A stretch of 64,000 bases of DNA from Lama glama (taxonomy: Eukaryota), in the NCBI GenBank assembly GCA_028534125.1, contig CM052816.1, forward strand, positions 82,214,001 through 82,278,000, written 5' to 3'. Under the pieces are notes generated by a model. The model saw only the letters and a list, made by a program, of their open reading frames with translations, did no database searches and was not told where the DNA came from. This document shows positions 39,868 to 53,396 of this stretch, piece after piece (within the stretch, counting starts at the first letter, position 1; every line of letters begins with the position of its first letter). The position numbers and the translations under genes are program-made.

Positions 39868-39889
39868 TAAAAAAAGTAATCAATTTCTT

Positions 39890-40145
39890 AAAAAGGCAAA
39901 TTGAAGTATAGTCTGTTCACAATATTGTGTTAGTTTCTGGTGTACAGCATAGTGATTCAGTTATACATATATATATTCCTTTTCATATTCTTTTTCATTG
40001 TAGACCATTACAAGGTATTGAATATAGTTCCTTATGCTATACAGTAGGACCTTGTTGTTTATCTATTTTATATATAGTAGTTAGTATCTGCAAAACCCAA
40101 ACTCCCAGTTTATTCTCCATCCCCCAGTAACCATAGGTTTGTTTT
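39890..40145 (-). mobile_element. Short L1 3'-end insertion with 19-bp TSD
   Basis: AAAAAGTAATCAATTTCTT at 39871-39889 and 40146-40164 flanking TTGAAGTATAG...GCTATACAGTAGGACCTTGTTG. Confidence 0.88.
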
Positions 40146-41935
40146 AAAAAGTAATCAATTTCTTTAAACAAACAAAACAAAATAAAAACAATTCACCCAT
40201 GTCTCCCATCCCCCACCCCCACCTCTGGCAACCACCCACCTGTTCTTTGTATCGATAAGATTAGGGATTTCATTTATTTCTTTTGAAGATTCCATATATA
40301 AGAGAGATCATACAGTATTTGTCTTTTGCTATCTGACTTATTTCAGTTTACATAATGCTCTTGAGGTCCACCCACATTATTACAAATGGCAACATTTAAT
40401 TTTTATGGCTGAATAATATTCCATTATCACAATTTATTCATTCATTTATCCATTGATTGAATACTTAGGCTGCTTACATGTCTTGGCTATTATAAATAAT
40501 GCTGTTATGAACATGGGGGTGCAGATATCTTTCCAAGTTACTGTTTTCCTTTTCTTAAATAACTATCCAGAAGTGGATTGCTGGATCATTATGGTAGCTG
40601 TTTTTCATCTTTGAGGAAACTCCACACTGTTTTCCATAGTGGCTGCACCAATTTACATTCACACCAGCAGTGCATAAGGGTTCCCTTTTCTCCACATCTT
40701 TGCCAATGCTTGTTATTTCTTTTTGATAACAGCCACTCTAACAGGTGTGAGGTGACATAACCACTTACAGTGCTTTCGATTTGCATTTCTCTGATGATTA
40801 ATGATGTAGAGCATCTTTTCATATATCTGTTGGACATCTCTATATTTTCGTTAGAAAAATGTCTATTCACATCTTCTTTCCATTTTTTAATTAGACTGTT
40901 TTTAGCTATTGAGCTTTATGAGTTCTTTATGTATTTTAGGTATTATCCCCTTATTAGATATGTGATTTGCAAGTATTTCTTCCATTCAGTAGGCTGCCTT
41001 TTCATTTTGTTGATGGTTTCCTTTGTTGTGCAGAAGCTTTTTAGTTTGATGTAAACTAAAACTACTTGTTTATTTTTATTTTTGTTGCTTTTGCTTTCAG
41101 TGTCAGATTAAAAAAATCATCACGAAGATCTACATCTAGCAGCTTATCACCTCCTTTTCTTCTAAGAGGTTTATGGTTTTAGGTCTTATGTTTAAGTCTT
41201 TAATTCATTTTGAGTTAATTTTTGTGTATGGTATAAGATAGTGGTCCAGTTTCACTCTTTTGCATGTGATTGTCCAATTTTTCCAACACCATTTATTGAA
41301 GAGATTATCCTTCCCTCCTTGTATATTCTTGGCTTCTTTGTCATAAATTAATTTATTGTGTATGCATGGATTTACGTCTGGGCTCTCTATTCTCTTCCAC
41401 TGATCCATGTGTCTGTTTTTATGGCAATTCCATACTGTATTAATTACTATAGTTTTCTATTTTAGTTTGAAATCAGGGAGTATGAGCAAAGCCTCCAGCT
41501 TTGTTCATTCTCAAAATTGCTTTCACTATTCAGAATCTTTTATGGTTCCACAAGTTTTAGGATTGTTTGTACTATTTATGTGAAAAATATCATTGAAATT
41601 TTGATAGGGTTTGCATTGAATCTGTATATTGCTTTGGGTAGTATGGACATTTTAACAATATAACTCCTTCTATCCATGAGCATGGGCTACCTTTCCATTA
41701 ATTTGTTTCTTCTTTAATTTCTTTAATTAATATTTAATAGTTTTCAATATATAGGTCTTTCACCTCTTTGGTTAAATTTATTCCTAGGTATTTTTTTGGA
41801 CACAATTACAAATGGGATTGTTTTCAAATTTCTCTTTATGATCGTTCATTATTAGTGTATGGAAATGTAACAGATTTTTGTGTATTGATTTTTATATCCT
41901 GTAACTTTACTAAATTTGTTTATTAGTTCTAACAT

Positions 41936-42311
41936 TTTTTAAAATATATTTTTATTGAAGTATAGTCTGTTTACAATGTTGTGTCAATTTCTGGTGTACA
42001 GCACATTACTTCAGTCATAGAGGAACATACATATATTCATTTTCATATTCTTTTTCACCATAAGTTACTATAAGATATTGAATATAGTTCCCTGTGCTAT
42101 ACAATATAAACTTATTGTTTATCTATTTTATATATTAGTTACTATCTGCAAGTCTCAAACTCCCTTTCCACCCACTTCCCTCCTGGTAACCGTAAGTTTG
42201 TTTTCTGTGTCTATGAGTCTGTTTCTGTTTTGTAAATAAGATTGTTTGTCTTTTTTTCAGATTCCACATATAAATGATATCATATGGTATTTTTCTTTCT
42301 CTTTCTGGCTT
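41936..42311 (-). mobile_element. Younger L1 3' end nested in the large L1
   Basis: TTTTTATTGAAGTATAGTC...TACAATGTTGTGTCAATTTCTGGTGTACAGC...CTCTTTCTGGCTTAC interrupts host ORF2 between TAGTTCTAACA and ATGTCATCTGCAAA. Confidence 0.85.
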
Positions 42312-42805
42312 ACAGTTTTTTGATAGATGTCATCTGCAAATAGAGACAATTTTACTTTTTCCTTTCCAATTTGGATGCCTTTTATTTCTTTTTCTTTCCT
42401 AATTGTTCTGACTAGGGCTTACAGTACTATGTTGAATAGGAATGGTCAGAGTGGGTACTTTTGTCCTGTTCTTGAACTTAGAGGAGCTTTCAACCTTTCA
42501 CCATTATGTATTATGTTACCTGTAGGCTTGTCATTATGGTCTTTATTATGTTGAGACATATTCTCTCTATACCTGCTTTGTTGAGAATTTTGTTATAAAT
42601 ATGTGTTGAATTTTGTCAGATATTTTTTCTGCATCTATTGAGATGATTATATGATTTTTATCCTTAGTTTTGTTAATGGGATGTATCACATTGATTGATT
42701 TGTGGGTATTGAACCATTCTTGTATAAATTCCACTTGATTCACAGTGTATTATCCTTTTAATGTACTGTTGAATTCAGTGTGATAATATTTTGTTGAGGA
42801 TTTTT

Positions 42806-43305
42806 NNNNNNNNNNNNNNNNNNNNNNNNNNNNNNNNNNNNNNNNNNNNNNNNNNNNNNNNNNNNNNNNNNNNNNNNNNNNNNNNNNNNNNNNNNNNNNN
42901 NNNNNNNNNNNNNNNNNNNNNNNNNNNNNNNNNNNNNNNNNNNNNNNNNNNNNNNNNNNNNNNNNNNNNNNNNNNNNNNNNNNNNNNNNNNNNNNNNNNN
43001 NNNNNNNNNNNNNNNNNNNNNNNNNNNNNNNNNNNNNNNNNNNNNNNNNNNNNNNNNNNNNNNNNNNNNNNNNNNNNNNNNNNNNNNNNNNNNNNNNNNN
43101 NNNNNNNNNNNNNNNNNNNNNNNNNNNNNNNNNNNNNNNNNNNNNNNNNNNNNNNNNNNNNNNNNNNNNNNNNNNNNNNNNNNNNNNNNNNNNNNNNNNN
43201 NNNNNNNNNNNNNNNNNNNNNNNNNNNNNNNNNNNNNNNNNNNNNNNNNNNNNNNNNNNNNNNNNNNNNNNNNNNNNNNNNNNNNNNNNNNNNNNNNNNN
43301 NNNNN
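42806..43305. other. Assembly gap (500 N)
   Basis: Run of N. Confidence 1.
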
Positions 43306-43503
43306 TGCTTTAGCAATTCTAGGTCTTTGATGGTTCCATATAAATTTTATTATGATTTGTTCTAGTTCTGTGAAATATGTCCTGGGTAATTGGATAGGGA
43401 TTGCATTAAATCTGTAGATTGCCTTGGGCAGTGTGACCATTTTAACAATATTGATTCTTCCAATCCAAGAGCATGGAATATCTTTCCATTTTTTAAAGTC
43501 TTC
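43306..43503 (-). mobile_element. Young L1 ORF2 fragment abutting the gap
   Basis: Intact peptide [42 protein letters not shown]; the same ORF2 segment is already present in the host at ~41500-41720, so this is a second element. Confidence 0.88.
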
Positions 43504-44290
43504 TGATTTTATTTATTTGAGTTGTCTCTTTTTTTCTTGATTAATCAACTTAGGGTTTGTCCCTTTTGTTTATTTTTTCAAAGAACCAGCTCTTCGTTTT
43601 ATTAATCCTTTCTATTGTCTTTTTATTTCACTTATTTCTGTTCTAATCTTTGCTACTACTTCCTTCCTTCTATTAACTTTGGACTTTGGTTGGTCATTTT
43701 CTAGTTGCTTGAGGTATAAAGCTAGGTTGTTTATTTGAGATTTTGTTTGTTTGTTTGTTTCTTGAGGTAGGTATTTATTGTTAAGAACTTCTCTCTTAGA
43801 ACTGCTTGTGTTGTGTCCCATAATTTGAGTATTTTACATTTCATAGCATTATGATGGAACACACATTTTTATTTGTCTCAGGTATTTTTTTTATTTGTTT
43901 TGATTTCTTGTTTGATCCATTGTTGTTCAGTAGCATGTTGTTTAATCTCCACATATTTGTGAATATTCCAGTTTTCTTTGTTTCATACCATCATGGTTGG
44001 AAAAGATACTTGATATGATTTCAACCCTTTAAAATTTATTAAGACTTGTTTTATGGCCTTACATATGATCTCTTGGAAAATGTTGCATGTGCACTTGATA
44101 AAAATTTGTATTCTATAGCTTTTGGTTGGAATATTCTATGAATATCTAAGCCCACCTAGTCTAATGTGTCATTTAAGACAATGTTTCCTTATTGATTTTT
44201 CTGTCTGGATGATCTATTCATACAAGTGAGGTGTTAAAGTCCTCAACTGTTATTGCATTGCTGTCTATTTCTCCCTATAAGTCTGTTATA

Positions 44291-44810
44291 CAGCATATTT
44301 CAAACATGCAGAACAATATAGAAAATAATAGTGAATACCTGCTCACTAACAAGTTCAATCAGATCTTGACATTTTCTCAAACCTGCTTCACTTATTTTGA
44401 GGAATTAAGACACTACAGGAAAAATTAGTATCACCTGTGTGCCCCTATTTCTTTCTTCTCATTTACCTCCTGGACTCTTTCAAGGGAAATACTATATACT
44501 AAGTCTATTATCATCCCATGCATGCTTTTTTTTAATCATTATTAAATGTATATATCTATAAATAAAATATCACATTTTACTCAAGTGGCATTTTATGAAG
44601 TGCTGGTCTAACTTTTTTTTGGCTCATTATTAAAATTTTTGAAACATATGGCTCAAATTAATGTATTTTAACTTCTATATCATGTTGTATTGAATAGTCA
44701 TACAACGTATTTAGCCAGTTGATGGATAATTAGTGTTTTTCCGGTCTCGAATTATTATAGACAGTGTTTCAATGAACATTTCTGTACCTGTCTCCTTGTG
44801 TAAACAAGCC
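44291..44810 (-). mobile_element. Ancient L1 (L1ME-type) 3'UTR fragment
   Basis: ATTTCAAACATGCAGAA...GTTGATGGATAATT...CAATGAACATTTCTGTACCTGTCTCCTTGTG. Confidence 0.65.
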
Positions 44811-47446
44811 TGATTTTCCCGGTGTCACTAATGCATTGTTAGTTGTGTAACAGCTCCTCTAAAATTAAACTTTCTTGCCACTTACTATCAGGAGACTGAA
44901 AGGTAAATTTCCTGGTCCATTTCATTTCAGTACACTCTAGGAGTGCAATAGTAAGGTTCTGACCAGGACAATTAAAAGAGGTTGAGCTACCTGGTTAGAA
45001 TAAAAATAGCCTGTGGTGTAAACTCTTTGTGATTCACTGGCTCCTTAATCTATAAATTTGTACTACTCTTGCAGTGGGTAACTTCTGATATGCTACTTAC
45101 CCAGTGTTGCCTCTAAATTACTTTCCTTCCCCTTGGAGCTTGGAGGAAATTGTTCCATACACCCCTCTGGGATGAGAGGATTTTCCATGCGGTCTTTCAG
45201 ATATATGCATTGTAAGCTTCCTAGAGCAATCAGAGATTTAACGTTTAAGGTCAGTATTCCAAGTTTCCTTAAGATGAGCTGCTCTTCCTCCCAATGAATC
45301 TGGAATCACAACTGCATGTTTCTGATAATTGCACTCAGAATTGGACTGCACCACATTCTACCTCTGCCTTGGGCTCATTTCTTTCTATAATAATATAGAA
45401 GTGTTTTCTGCAAAACCTCATCAAATAATTGTAGCAATTGAGTAGACATAAAAGCTAGATTGTTTAATATTGCATCTTGAAGTGATATCATTGAGAGTTT
45501 GAGTCAGTCGTGACAGCTCTTACTTCGTAGGATTGCTTTCATCTTCCCAAGTTGGCTTCTCCTCCCTGGGCAGATGTAGGTCTAATTTTGCTTCTTTCTG
45601 TAATCTGAGCTGCTTCCTATTGGGAAAGGATGCCAGTTTACATTACACTACTCTCTTTGCACTCTGATGAACTCAAGAAAAGTAGACTAAGCCAGGCTGC
45701 ATAGACCACCTCCTCACCCAATTTTTTGTTTAACATGTTTGACCCTTGTGGTAGCCTACAGAGCTATCAACTTCTGTCCCACAAGGGACTCCCATATTTT
45801 TGCAGTAGAGTAACCAGAGTTTTTCTGCTTCTATCATATCACCCACCAATAATTTCAACCTGAGCCACATTAGTTCCATTAGAGAAAAGGCAAAGGGCAG
45901 CATTAACAGAGAGGATCAGTTCCTTGGGTTAGTATCCGGATTGAACAAGACTCATGGCTCCTTCACTTCAATAAACTATACAACATTTGAGACCAGGAAA
46001 ATGATAATCGGTGATGTTGCCTGCTCCAAGTAAGTTACATTCTTCATCTGAGCTTTCATCAGCTAATCCTAGCTCTGATTATTTCACTACTTAGGATTTA
46101 GGATGGGCATGTATGAGTAGTGCTATTTGGATCCTGAAGCCTGAATTTACCTTAGGAGGAAAGATGAACATGCTTTCTAGTGTCATATTTCCCTTGCAGG
46201 AAAGGCTACCCTATACATTCCCAGTGTTTTATTTCTTGCTGATACCTATAGGCAGGTGCCATCACTGTTAGAAAAAATGATCATAATTCTCTACAGAAAT
46301 GGCAGATCTTTTGAGTACTCTGATTCTCATAGGTAAAAACATGGGTCAGACAGAAAAAGCAAAATGAAAGCAGGGTTAGTGTTAGTACCGAGTTGTTGAG
46401 TTGGCTTACACAGTTGGCATGTATTATCTAAACTATGCACAACAACCTAAGGTGAAAAGGAAGTGGCCCTCCCACCTTGGCTAAGGGAAAAGGACATGAC
46501 TGGGTCCGTTCACTACCATTACTTTATTTCTTGCCTTAAGCTCTACAGCTTGCTGTGCTGGCATGTACATGTGTGAGCATGTGCTGTTCCCACTCTCCAT
46601 GAAGCCAATTTATTTAAATCTAGGACAATCTGCTGCAGATTCTTCCTAAACTGAGCTGTCAGTTTATCCTCCTCTGGGGTGACATTGTGTGTCTGGGCTC
46701 CTAATGTTGGACCTTAATTCGTCAATCCTATTTTCATCTGAGAGGGAAGGAGTGACTGCGCTTTGCCTGGCTATCCAAGCAAGAAAGCAGCTCCTGAAAT
46801 TAATCATTTGTTGCTTGTGAACTAGTTTTTTGCCCATTATTCAAATTTAACTGCTTGAGGAGTTTGATTATATGGCATTTATACTGATGGTAGCTGATTA
46901 GGATCTATAGGTTATAACCAGTCAACTAGTGTTTATTAGCAATGTACTGTGGATCTGTCCTTAGGCTGGGTAATAAGAGCATTTACATGGTTCCTGCCTT
47001 TGGTAGTAAGTAACTTAGGTGGTTCTTACTTTTATAGTAAGTCCATTGATGGTTTGGAAAGCATGTGCATATAATTCATACCAGTGGGTGATTTCCAAAT
47101 GAAACATATTAGGAGGGCCATGCACTGGACAGTCCTCAGCATCTGGGGAGCCAATAGCTATCCTTGATCAACCTGTGGAAACCGCCCTGATTGTTGTTGT
47201 GGAACACAGCATCTCTTTTCCCAGAAGTAAATGAAGATGCCAGAAATGGCTGAAGTATGGAGAGCATGTGCCCTTATATCTTTGTTGGCTAGGTAGCTGG
47301 ATGGTCAGGCAGGAGCTTCCTACTGTTCCCTGTCCCTCCACACCACCACACCACCTGCTGCCTTTCAGGTTTACCACAGCGTGTTTCACAAATATCATTA
47401 TCATATATAAGTCATGTGGACATATTTGGGAAGCTTTCTTTAGATA

Positions 47447-47622
47447 AGTGTTCTTAGGCTTAGCTGTACTTCAGGATCATCTGAGGGAACTTTAAATCTA
47501 AAAACCCACTTATAAGTCCCGTAGATTATGAGATGAGAATTTCTGGGTGAGATCTGGGCACTGGCATTTTAAAAATGCTCCCAAGGTGATTTATATATGA
47601 TGCCTGGGCTGAGTAATATGTC
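47447..47622. mobile_element. MER5-type hAT MITE, degraded
   Basis: GGATCATCTGAGGGAACTTT...AGAATTTCTGGG...GCATTTTAAAAATGCTCCCAAGGTGATT. Confidence 0.7.
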
Positions 47623-48274
47623 TCTGGACTAAAATTCAGACTAAAGGAATGGATATTGGAGGTAGAAAGTGGGCAAAAGAAATACCTGGGAAGGAGGTGG
47701 GGTAGGGTTATAATACTGGATTGAAGTTAGAAGATGAGGAGCGAGATTGGGACTGTGTGATGCCCAGAGGGTACTCCCTCTGAAGGTCTTTCTTTCTTTA
47801 TCTTTTACTCCCAGAATCTAGGAGTAGTCACCTCTGTTGCCAAGCATTACATTTTTCCATCCTACATTACAAATGCCTTAAACTGATAAAAGACAGGGCT
47901 TATAGAGAGAAGTGCTATCTTTCCCACACAACATCTCTGTTACTCTCAGAGAAGAAAAAGCCTCATACTGGAATGCTCGGGTATAGAAATTTCCCATAGT
48001 GATGAACACTCAGGTGAGCCATGATCCAAGGTGAAGCTGGGTATGATGGGGAAGGACACTTGTTATGGGAGCCATTTCCAAGGGGATAACTAGTAGGTAA
48101 ATGAGATAGAAATTTGCTTTCCTAGTATGTACTAGAGAAAGCTCATACTTGAAAATTGGGGTGAATGCTTGAATTACGTAAGTAATAAAATATAACTCAT
48201 TGCCTGTGTGTGTGTTTGTGTACAGAATGTTTATATCCACCATTACACTCATCACTACAAATACCTGTGATCTA

Positions 48275-49238
48275 GGGATGTAGGCCAATTCACCCAAAAC
48301 CCATCCAAAAAATGATCATTTAACTGAATGGCCAATTCTTCAAATAGCCAGTTTGCCAATTTTTCTAATTTTATCTATTTACCAGCAAGTTGGGTATTCA
48401 AAAATGGGTAAAAATAATCACATCACATTGAAATTTAAAAATATATTTCCAGAAACACAAATTAAGGCTTATGTGTTAATTTAAGGAATTGGCACAAGAA
48501 TATTAAACAAACCTAAAATTAAAAAAAAAAACAGAAAGTCAGTAACTTTAAACACATATGATAGAAACAAGGTGTGGCCAAAATAATCAAGTCACACAAA
48601 TATTTTTGGTTTCTAACAAGTGGAATATGTTGACCTGGTACAGGTTTGAAAAGATACTCAACACAAAATGTGCAAATCATTCAAAGTGATGGAAAGGAAG
48701 TGAGAATGTATGGGAGGTGTCACCACCATATGTGGTAGCATGGATGAGAGTGAATTCAAGTGAGAAAAGGCAATAAAAGAATAAAAAAGCATACATTTGG
48801 TTAAATCTTAAAAACATTAAAACCTTAAGCATGCTAAACGATAGATATATTTGAATGAGGCAGAGAGAAGAACAACCACATTACTTGTTACATTTTGGCT
48901 ACTAATTGCTAGATATCACATACTAATGTTGAAATACTATTTGAAAAATTGGTAAGAGAACCTTAACATTTTTGAAAAGCAGAAATGACATCGAAGAGAA
49001 TTGGAAAGACATCAGCATAAACTGAAAAATTTCCATATGAAATTCTGAAATAAAAATCAGTCAACTAAGATTTTGCAGAAATCTTCAAAATGTCAGAAGC
49101 CCTCCCATCCTTCATAAATTGCTATAAGTTTTATAACTAGTTGCTTTTTAAAAACAAACATCGTGATAAATAGATTTATTAGTAAATATGGCAATTGGTC
49201 TTTCAGCATATTGATTTTTTTGTGAATTGACTAGAATT
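48275..49238. mobile_element. Putative ancient DNA transposon with long imperfect TIRs (Mutator-like?)
   Basis: Left arm CAATTCAC(48286)...CTGAATGGCCAATT...ATCTATTTACCA(48373) is mirrored by right arm TGATAAATAGAT(49164)...AATTGGTCTTTCAG...GTGAATTG(49222). Confidence 0.55.
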
Positions 49239-50034
49239 GTAAGGTGCATAGCAACAGTAGAATTATCCTCATTTTCCAGAGAAAGTAACTCAGTTTCATA
49301 AAAAAAGGAGCAAAGTTCATATCTGTTTTATGTGCACAAGGGTATGGTCACATGTTCCTTAGTAACCTGCAGTCTGCAGAGTAGATGATTCAAGGTCATG
49401 TCTGACATCTGAGAGGTACAACAAAAATATTTCACAAAGCAGATTAATTAAAGGATATAAGATAAAAAAATACAAAATGTAATACAGCTAATTGCCAGAA
49501 AACCTCCTCCCAATTTTTCCAGAAACGCACATAATACCACTTGAGCTCTTAAGGAGAAGAAATAAATCCAAAGCACGAGAGCTCCAAGTGCCAGTATATA
49601 TGAGAAAATTGTCACTTCCAGATCTAGGATGGTATTTGGCACATGGTATGACATATGTCATCTTTGCTGCAAGCATTTTCTTATGCATATGGTCCCTCCA
49701 GCTAGAGGAGCCCATCCACAGTCTATTTTATCAATAGTGAAGACACCCAGACTGAAAATAATCTTGCACTAAATAAAATCAACTTAGATTTGACCAAGAA
49801 AGCAGTATATATTTTACAGATACACCTTTTTCCTTAAGCCATTATTGCAGAAAATCCTGTGTATTGAAGGTACAGAATAGTTCCATGCCTGCTTGTTAAA
49901 TATTAATTGTGTTGTTACAAGAGTTTAAGAGTCTACATTAAATGTAAGAGATTTGCTATGGATTCTGTCTGTCCCATATTTGGCTAACTTTAAACAAAAA
50001 CCTTCTGTTTTTTCAATTTAAAATAGCTTATAGA

Positions 50035-50150
50035 GGGAGAATGGTATAGCTTAAGTGGTAGAGTGTGTGCTCAACATACACAAGGCCCTGGGTTCAATCC
50101 CAAATACCTCCTCTAAAAAAATTAAATAAATAAATTATGCACCCCTCCAA
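50035..50150 (+). mobile_element. tRNA-derived SINE (camelid vic-1 type)
   Basis: GGTATAGCTTAAGTGGTAGAGTG (A box), GGTTCAATCC (B box, 50091-50100), TACCTCCTCTAAAA and (TAAA)n tail. Confidence 0.88.
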
Positions 50151-50714
50151 GATACATTTTTGTTATCCTTATTTTCTGCTGTGTACCATTCGGAGTTTTA
50201 TTAGTCAATGTGATTTAAAGATACAGCCTTCAAAATTGAATCTTGGCACAAATTCCTTGATTATGTCTGACTGTTCCATAAGAGTTAAATTATATTAAAC
50301 AGCTAATGTCTAAATGCAATATGTTAAATAAAAGCAAATTCATTCCCTTTAAATAAGTTTTTAAATGAAAAGAACGTGGTACATCACTTGTGAGTTCTAT
50401 TTTGATTGTTTGCATTCTTTTAAAAAATGCAAAAAAGTAATTGTAGAATCTAAAATAGACTATGATTTAAATGCTCTTTTTAATAGTGGGAAAGTGATTT
50501 TTTAAAAAGTACATTTTACTCAGAGTGGCAAGTAAATTATTATAGACATTAAGAGAACTCACAGCCAAACTTCAACTGCTATTTTTAAATGTTGGAAAGG
50601 ACCAAAGTATTATTTGAATATCAAATAAATGGAATTCGGAAATGCCCAAGTTCGGAAAACTAAATCTAAGTGTAGTTGAAGAAATGCCTCTTCACACTGC
50701 TCAAGAAATCTTAC

Positions 50715-51032
50715 TGCTCCCCTCCCTTCGAAATTAGACATGACCATGAGTCTTACTTTGAAGAATGAAATGTGGTTGGAGGAGATGTATCGTTTCTGGT
50801 GGAAGCCTTAAAAGGCAGTATACCATTTGCTGTATTTTCTTTCCCTCTGTTACAGTGGTGGGCACCTCTCTGAATGGAAGAATCTTTGTCAGCTTGGATC
50901 ATAGAGAGTGGGCAAATGGATCCCCTAGCTAACCCAGTGGGTATGTGAGATAAGACTTTGCTGTTATAAGGCATTAAGATTTGGGGGATTGTTTATTACT
51001 ACAGTGTAATGTTGCCTATCCTTACTTAATTT
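50715..51032 (+). mobile_element. MaLR LTR (MLT1J/K-like)
   Basis: GAATGAAATGTGG...TTTCTGGTGGAAGCCTTAA...GATTTGGGGGATTGTTTATTACTACAG...GCCTATCCT. Confidence 0.75.
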
Positions 51033-51254
51033 AACACTAATAAAAGTAACAGCAAATTAGCTCCCGTGCCATAAAAGAAAACCAACTACAAGAAACACAT
51101 CATAAGCTATTTGCTAAGGTGACATCATTTTTCATATAACCTGATACACAGTGAAAAAAATTATCCACTAAAGCTGTGCTTTAAAATTTTTTATTTGGTT
51201 TTAGTGTTTGATAAGGAATTTATCGCTGGTTCTGTGTCATTTTATTTTATTATA

Positions 51255-51477
51255 TAAGGTCAGGAAACTTTTTTCAAAAATGGGCTGAGTGTAGATATTT
51301 TAGGGTTTGCAGGCCATATGATCTTTGTTACAACTACTCAACTCTGTCACTTTAGCTGGAAATTAGCCACAGATAATATATAAATAAATAGGCATGGCTA
51401 TGTTCCACTAAAACTTTATTTACAAAAATAGGTGGTAGGCCTGATTTGGCTTAGTGGCTATAGTTAGCCAAACTCTG
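51255..51477. mobile_element. MER58A hAT MITE
   Basis: ATATTTTAGGGTTTGCAGGCCATATG...CAACTACTCAACTCTG...AAAACTTTATTTACAAAAA...GATTTGGC. Confidence 0.88.
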
Positions 51478-52792
51478 TTATTAGGTAACATGTTTATGAG
51501 ATCTAGTATGTTTATATTGGCATCTCTTATATTCTACATGACCAAAGCATTTTCTTAGAAGTGATGTTCCATTTTTTTAATCATGTTCCAGTTCTTTTTG
51601 TGGAATTGGTGGTATTATTGGCATCAATGGAAAAATTATATTTACTATATTACTATACAGTTAGAAGGATGCATATTCAATATATGACTTACTAAGTAAT
51701 ATTTTTGACTAATTTAAGTATTTTATTTGAATAGATTAGGCTATTGAGCTACATTGAGATAGGAAGTTTGTTTGAAATCCTAGAAGCAGTTTGCATAAGA
51801 GCTGGGCCGACAACTCTGGTCTTCTAGTATTCACCTATTCCCATTTCATTTCCGTTATTATACACTGACTTCCAAATGACTAGAACAAGTTCAGAAAAAT
51901 TAGGCCACAAACTTTAAACCAGTTTCCTGATTTTATTTAAAGACTGTAGAAACTACTTTTAGTTAATATTGAACAGAGCAGGTGTTAAACGAGTATCTGT
52001 GAATGTATACAGAGTGTATTAAGCTTCAGTTTAAGGGTTTTTTTTTTTTAAGGTAGGAGGAAAAGGAAGATGTAGAGTCCTGCTATTAACTTAATTTATG
52101 ATGTTTACTTATTCCCACCTATCTGACTAATGCTCCTTTTGTTCTCTTTATAATTTTAGTCTCTATCTACTACCTCTTTCCCCCCAAGAGCTGCAAACAT
52201 TAGCTGATTAATTCTCAGTCTTCGTAGATGCTGTGATCAGTGGAGGTAATCTCTCATAGCACGTTGATATCTAAATCAACATAATATATCTAAATCACCT
52301 TTGCTAATCTGCTGGAATTTGCTTTGTGTTTCCTGAGCTTATATCTCCTCTACAACAGTGTGTTTAGAAAAAGAAATACCCAGGACATAAAGATATGATA
52401 ATTCAATTCTGTGAAATAGAATGGGTTTCACTTTTGCAGTTTGAAACATTTCATCAAAGTCTTTAAGAAAACTTCTTTTTCTTTCTTTCTTAGGTCATAC
52501 TGAAAATTTTTTTTCCACATACAGACTAGTTTAGATGACCATTTCCCCTTATCCTTCAAACTCTATTTTTCTGTACTTAAACTAACATATGAGAAAAATT
52601 TTAAAAACTGCTGCTAGAGAGAAGAATATGTTTTATAAATCTGCAGTCCAACTGCATTTACCTTGCACCTTCAAATGTCACTTAATTTACTTTTTTGAAG
52701 ACCTAGATTGATAACTGTAGCCAAACCATGATTACTTGTACTCTGTATGGATTCTCTGTACCTATGCTCGATCTTAGATGAAATTTGGCTGC

Positions 52793-53267
52793 TGTGATGG
52801 TAATACCCATCAAAGAAAGCCACATCCTAGTCCCTGGGTCTTGTGAATGTATTATTTTACATGGCAAAAAGGACTTAGCAGCTGTGGTTAACTTAAGGCT
52901 CTGAGGTGGGGAGAAAATCTTAGGCTATCCAGATGAGTCTAATGTGATTGCCTGGGTTCTCGTAAGAGAGACACAGGGAGTTAGAATCAGAGAGAAAAAG
53001 AAGTGATGATGGAATTAGAGGCTGGAATGATGTGCTCTGAAAATAGAAGAGACCATGAGCCAAGGAATTCAGGCAGCCTCTAAAAGCTGGAAAAGCTAAG
53101 GAAACCGATTCAGGTCTAAAGCCTCCAGAAGGAATTCAGTCTTGCCAATGTTTGAGTTTTTTGATTGTAGACTTTTGACTTCCAGACTTGTAAGAGTATG
53201 CATTTGTGTTGTTTTAAGCCAGTACATTTGTATTAATTTGTTACAGTGGCAGTAGGAGAATATTGCA
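52793..53267 (+). mobile_element. MaLR LTR (MLT1D-like), near full length
   Basis: TTACATGGCAAAAAGGACTT...CCATGAGCCAAGGAAT...AGCCTCCAGAAGGAA...TTGTGTTGTTTTAAGCCA...TTTGTTACAG. Confidence 0.9.
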
Positions 53268-53396
53268 GTTACCTTCCTAAATTATCAAAAATACAAGCAA
53301 GTTTGAATTTCACTATGAACATCTACAAAAGAAATAACTAGCTTCTGTTTCTCAAGTACTAGAACACATGTTTTAGTAAAATACACTTTTGTTTTA

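Larger units (their letters stand above)
40190..44290 (-). mobile_element. Large degraded LINE-1 (3'UTR and most of ORF2), with nested younger L1 pieces and a gap
   Basis: ORF-track peptides 40589..40870 ([25 protein letters not shown]) and 41205..41408 ([10 protein letters not shown]...PYTKINSK) are L1 ORF2p; the frame is broken by stops and frameshifts. Confidence 0.93.

Noticed and set aside
50041..50110. tRNA gene
   Set aside because: A and B boxes are present, but the stems are degenerate and the sequence continues into the SINE body and (TAAA)n tail, so it is a tRNA-derived SINE.
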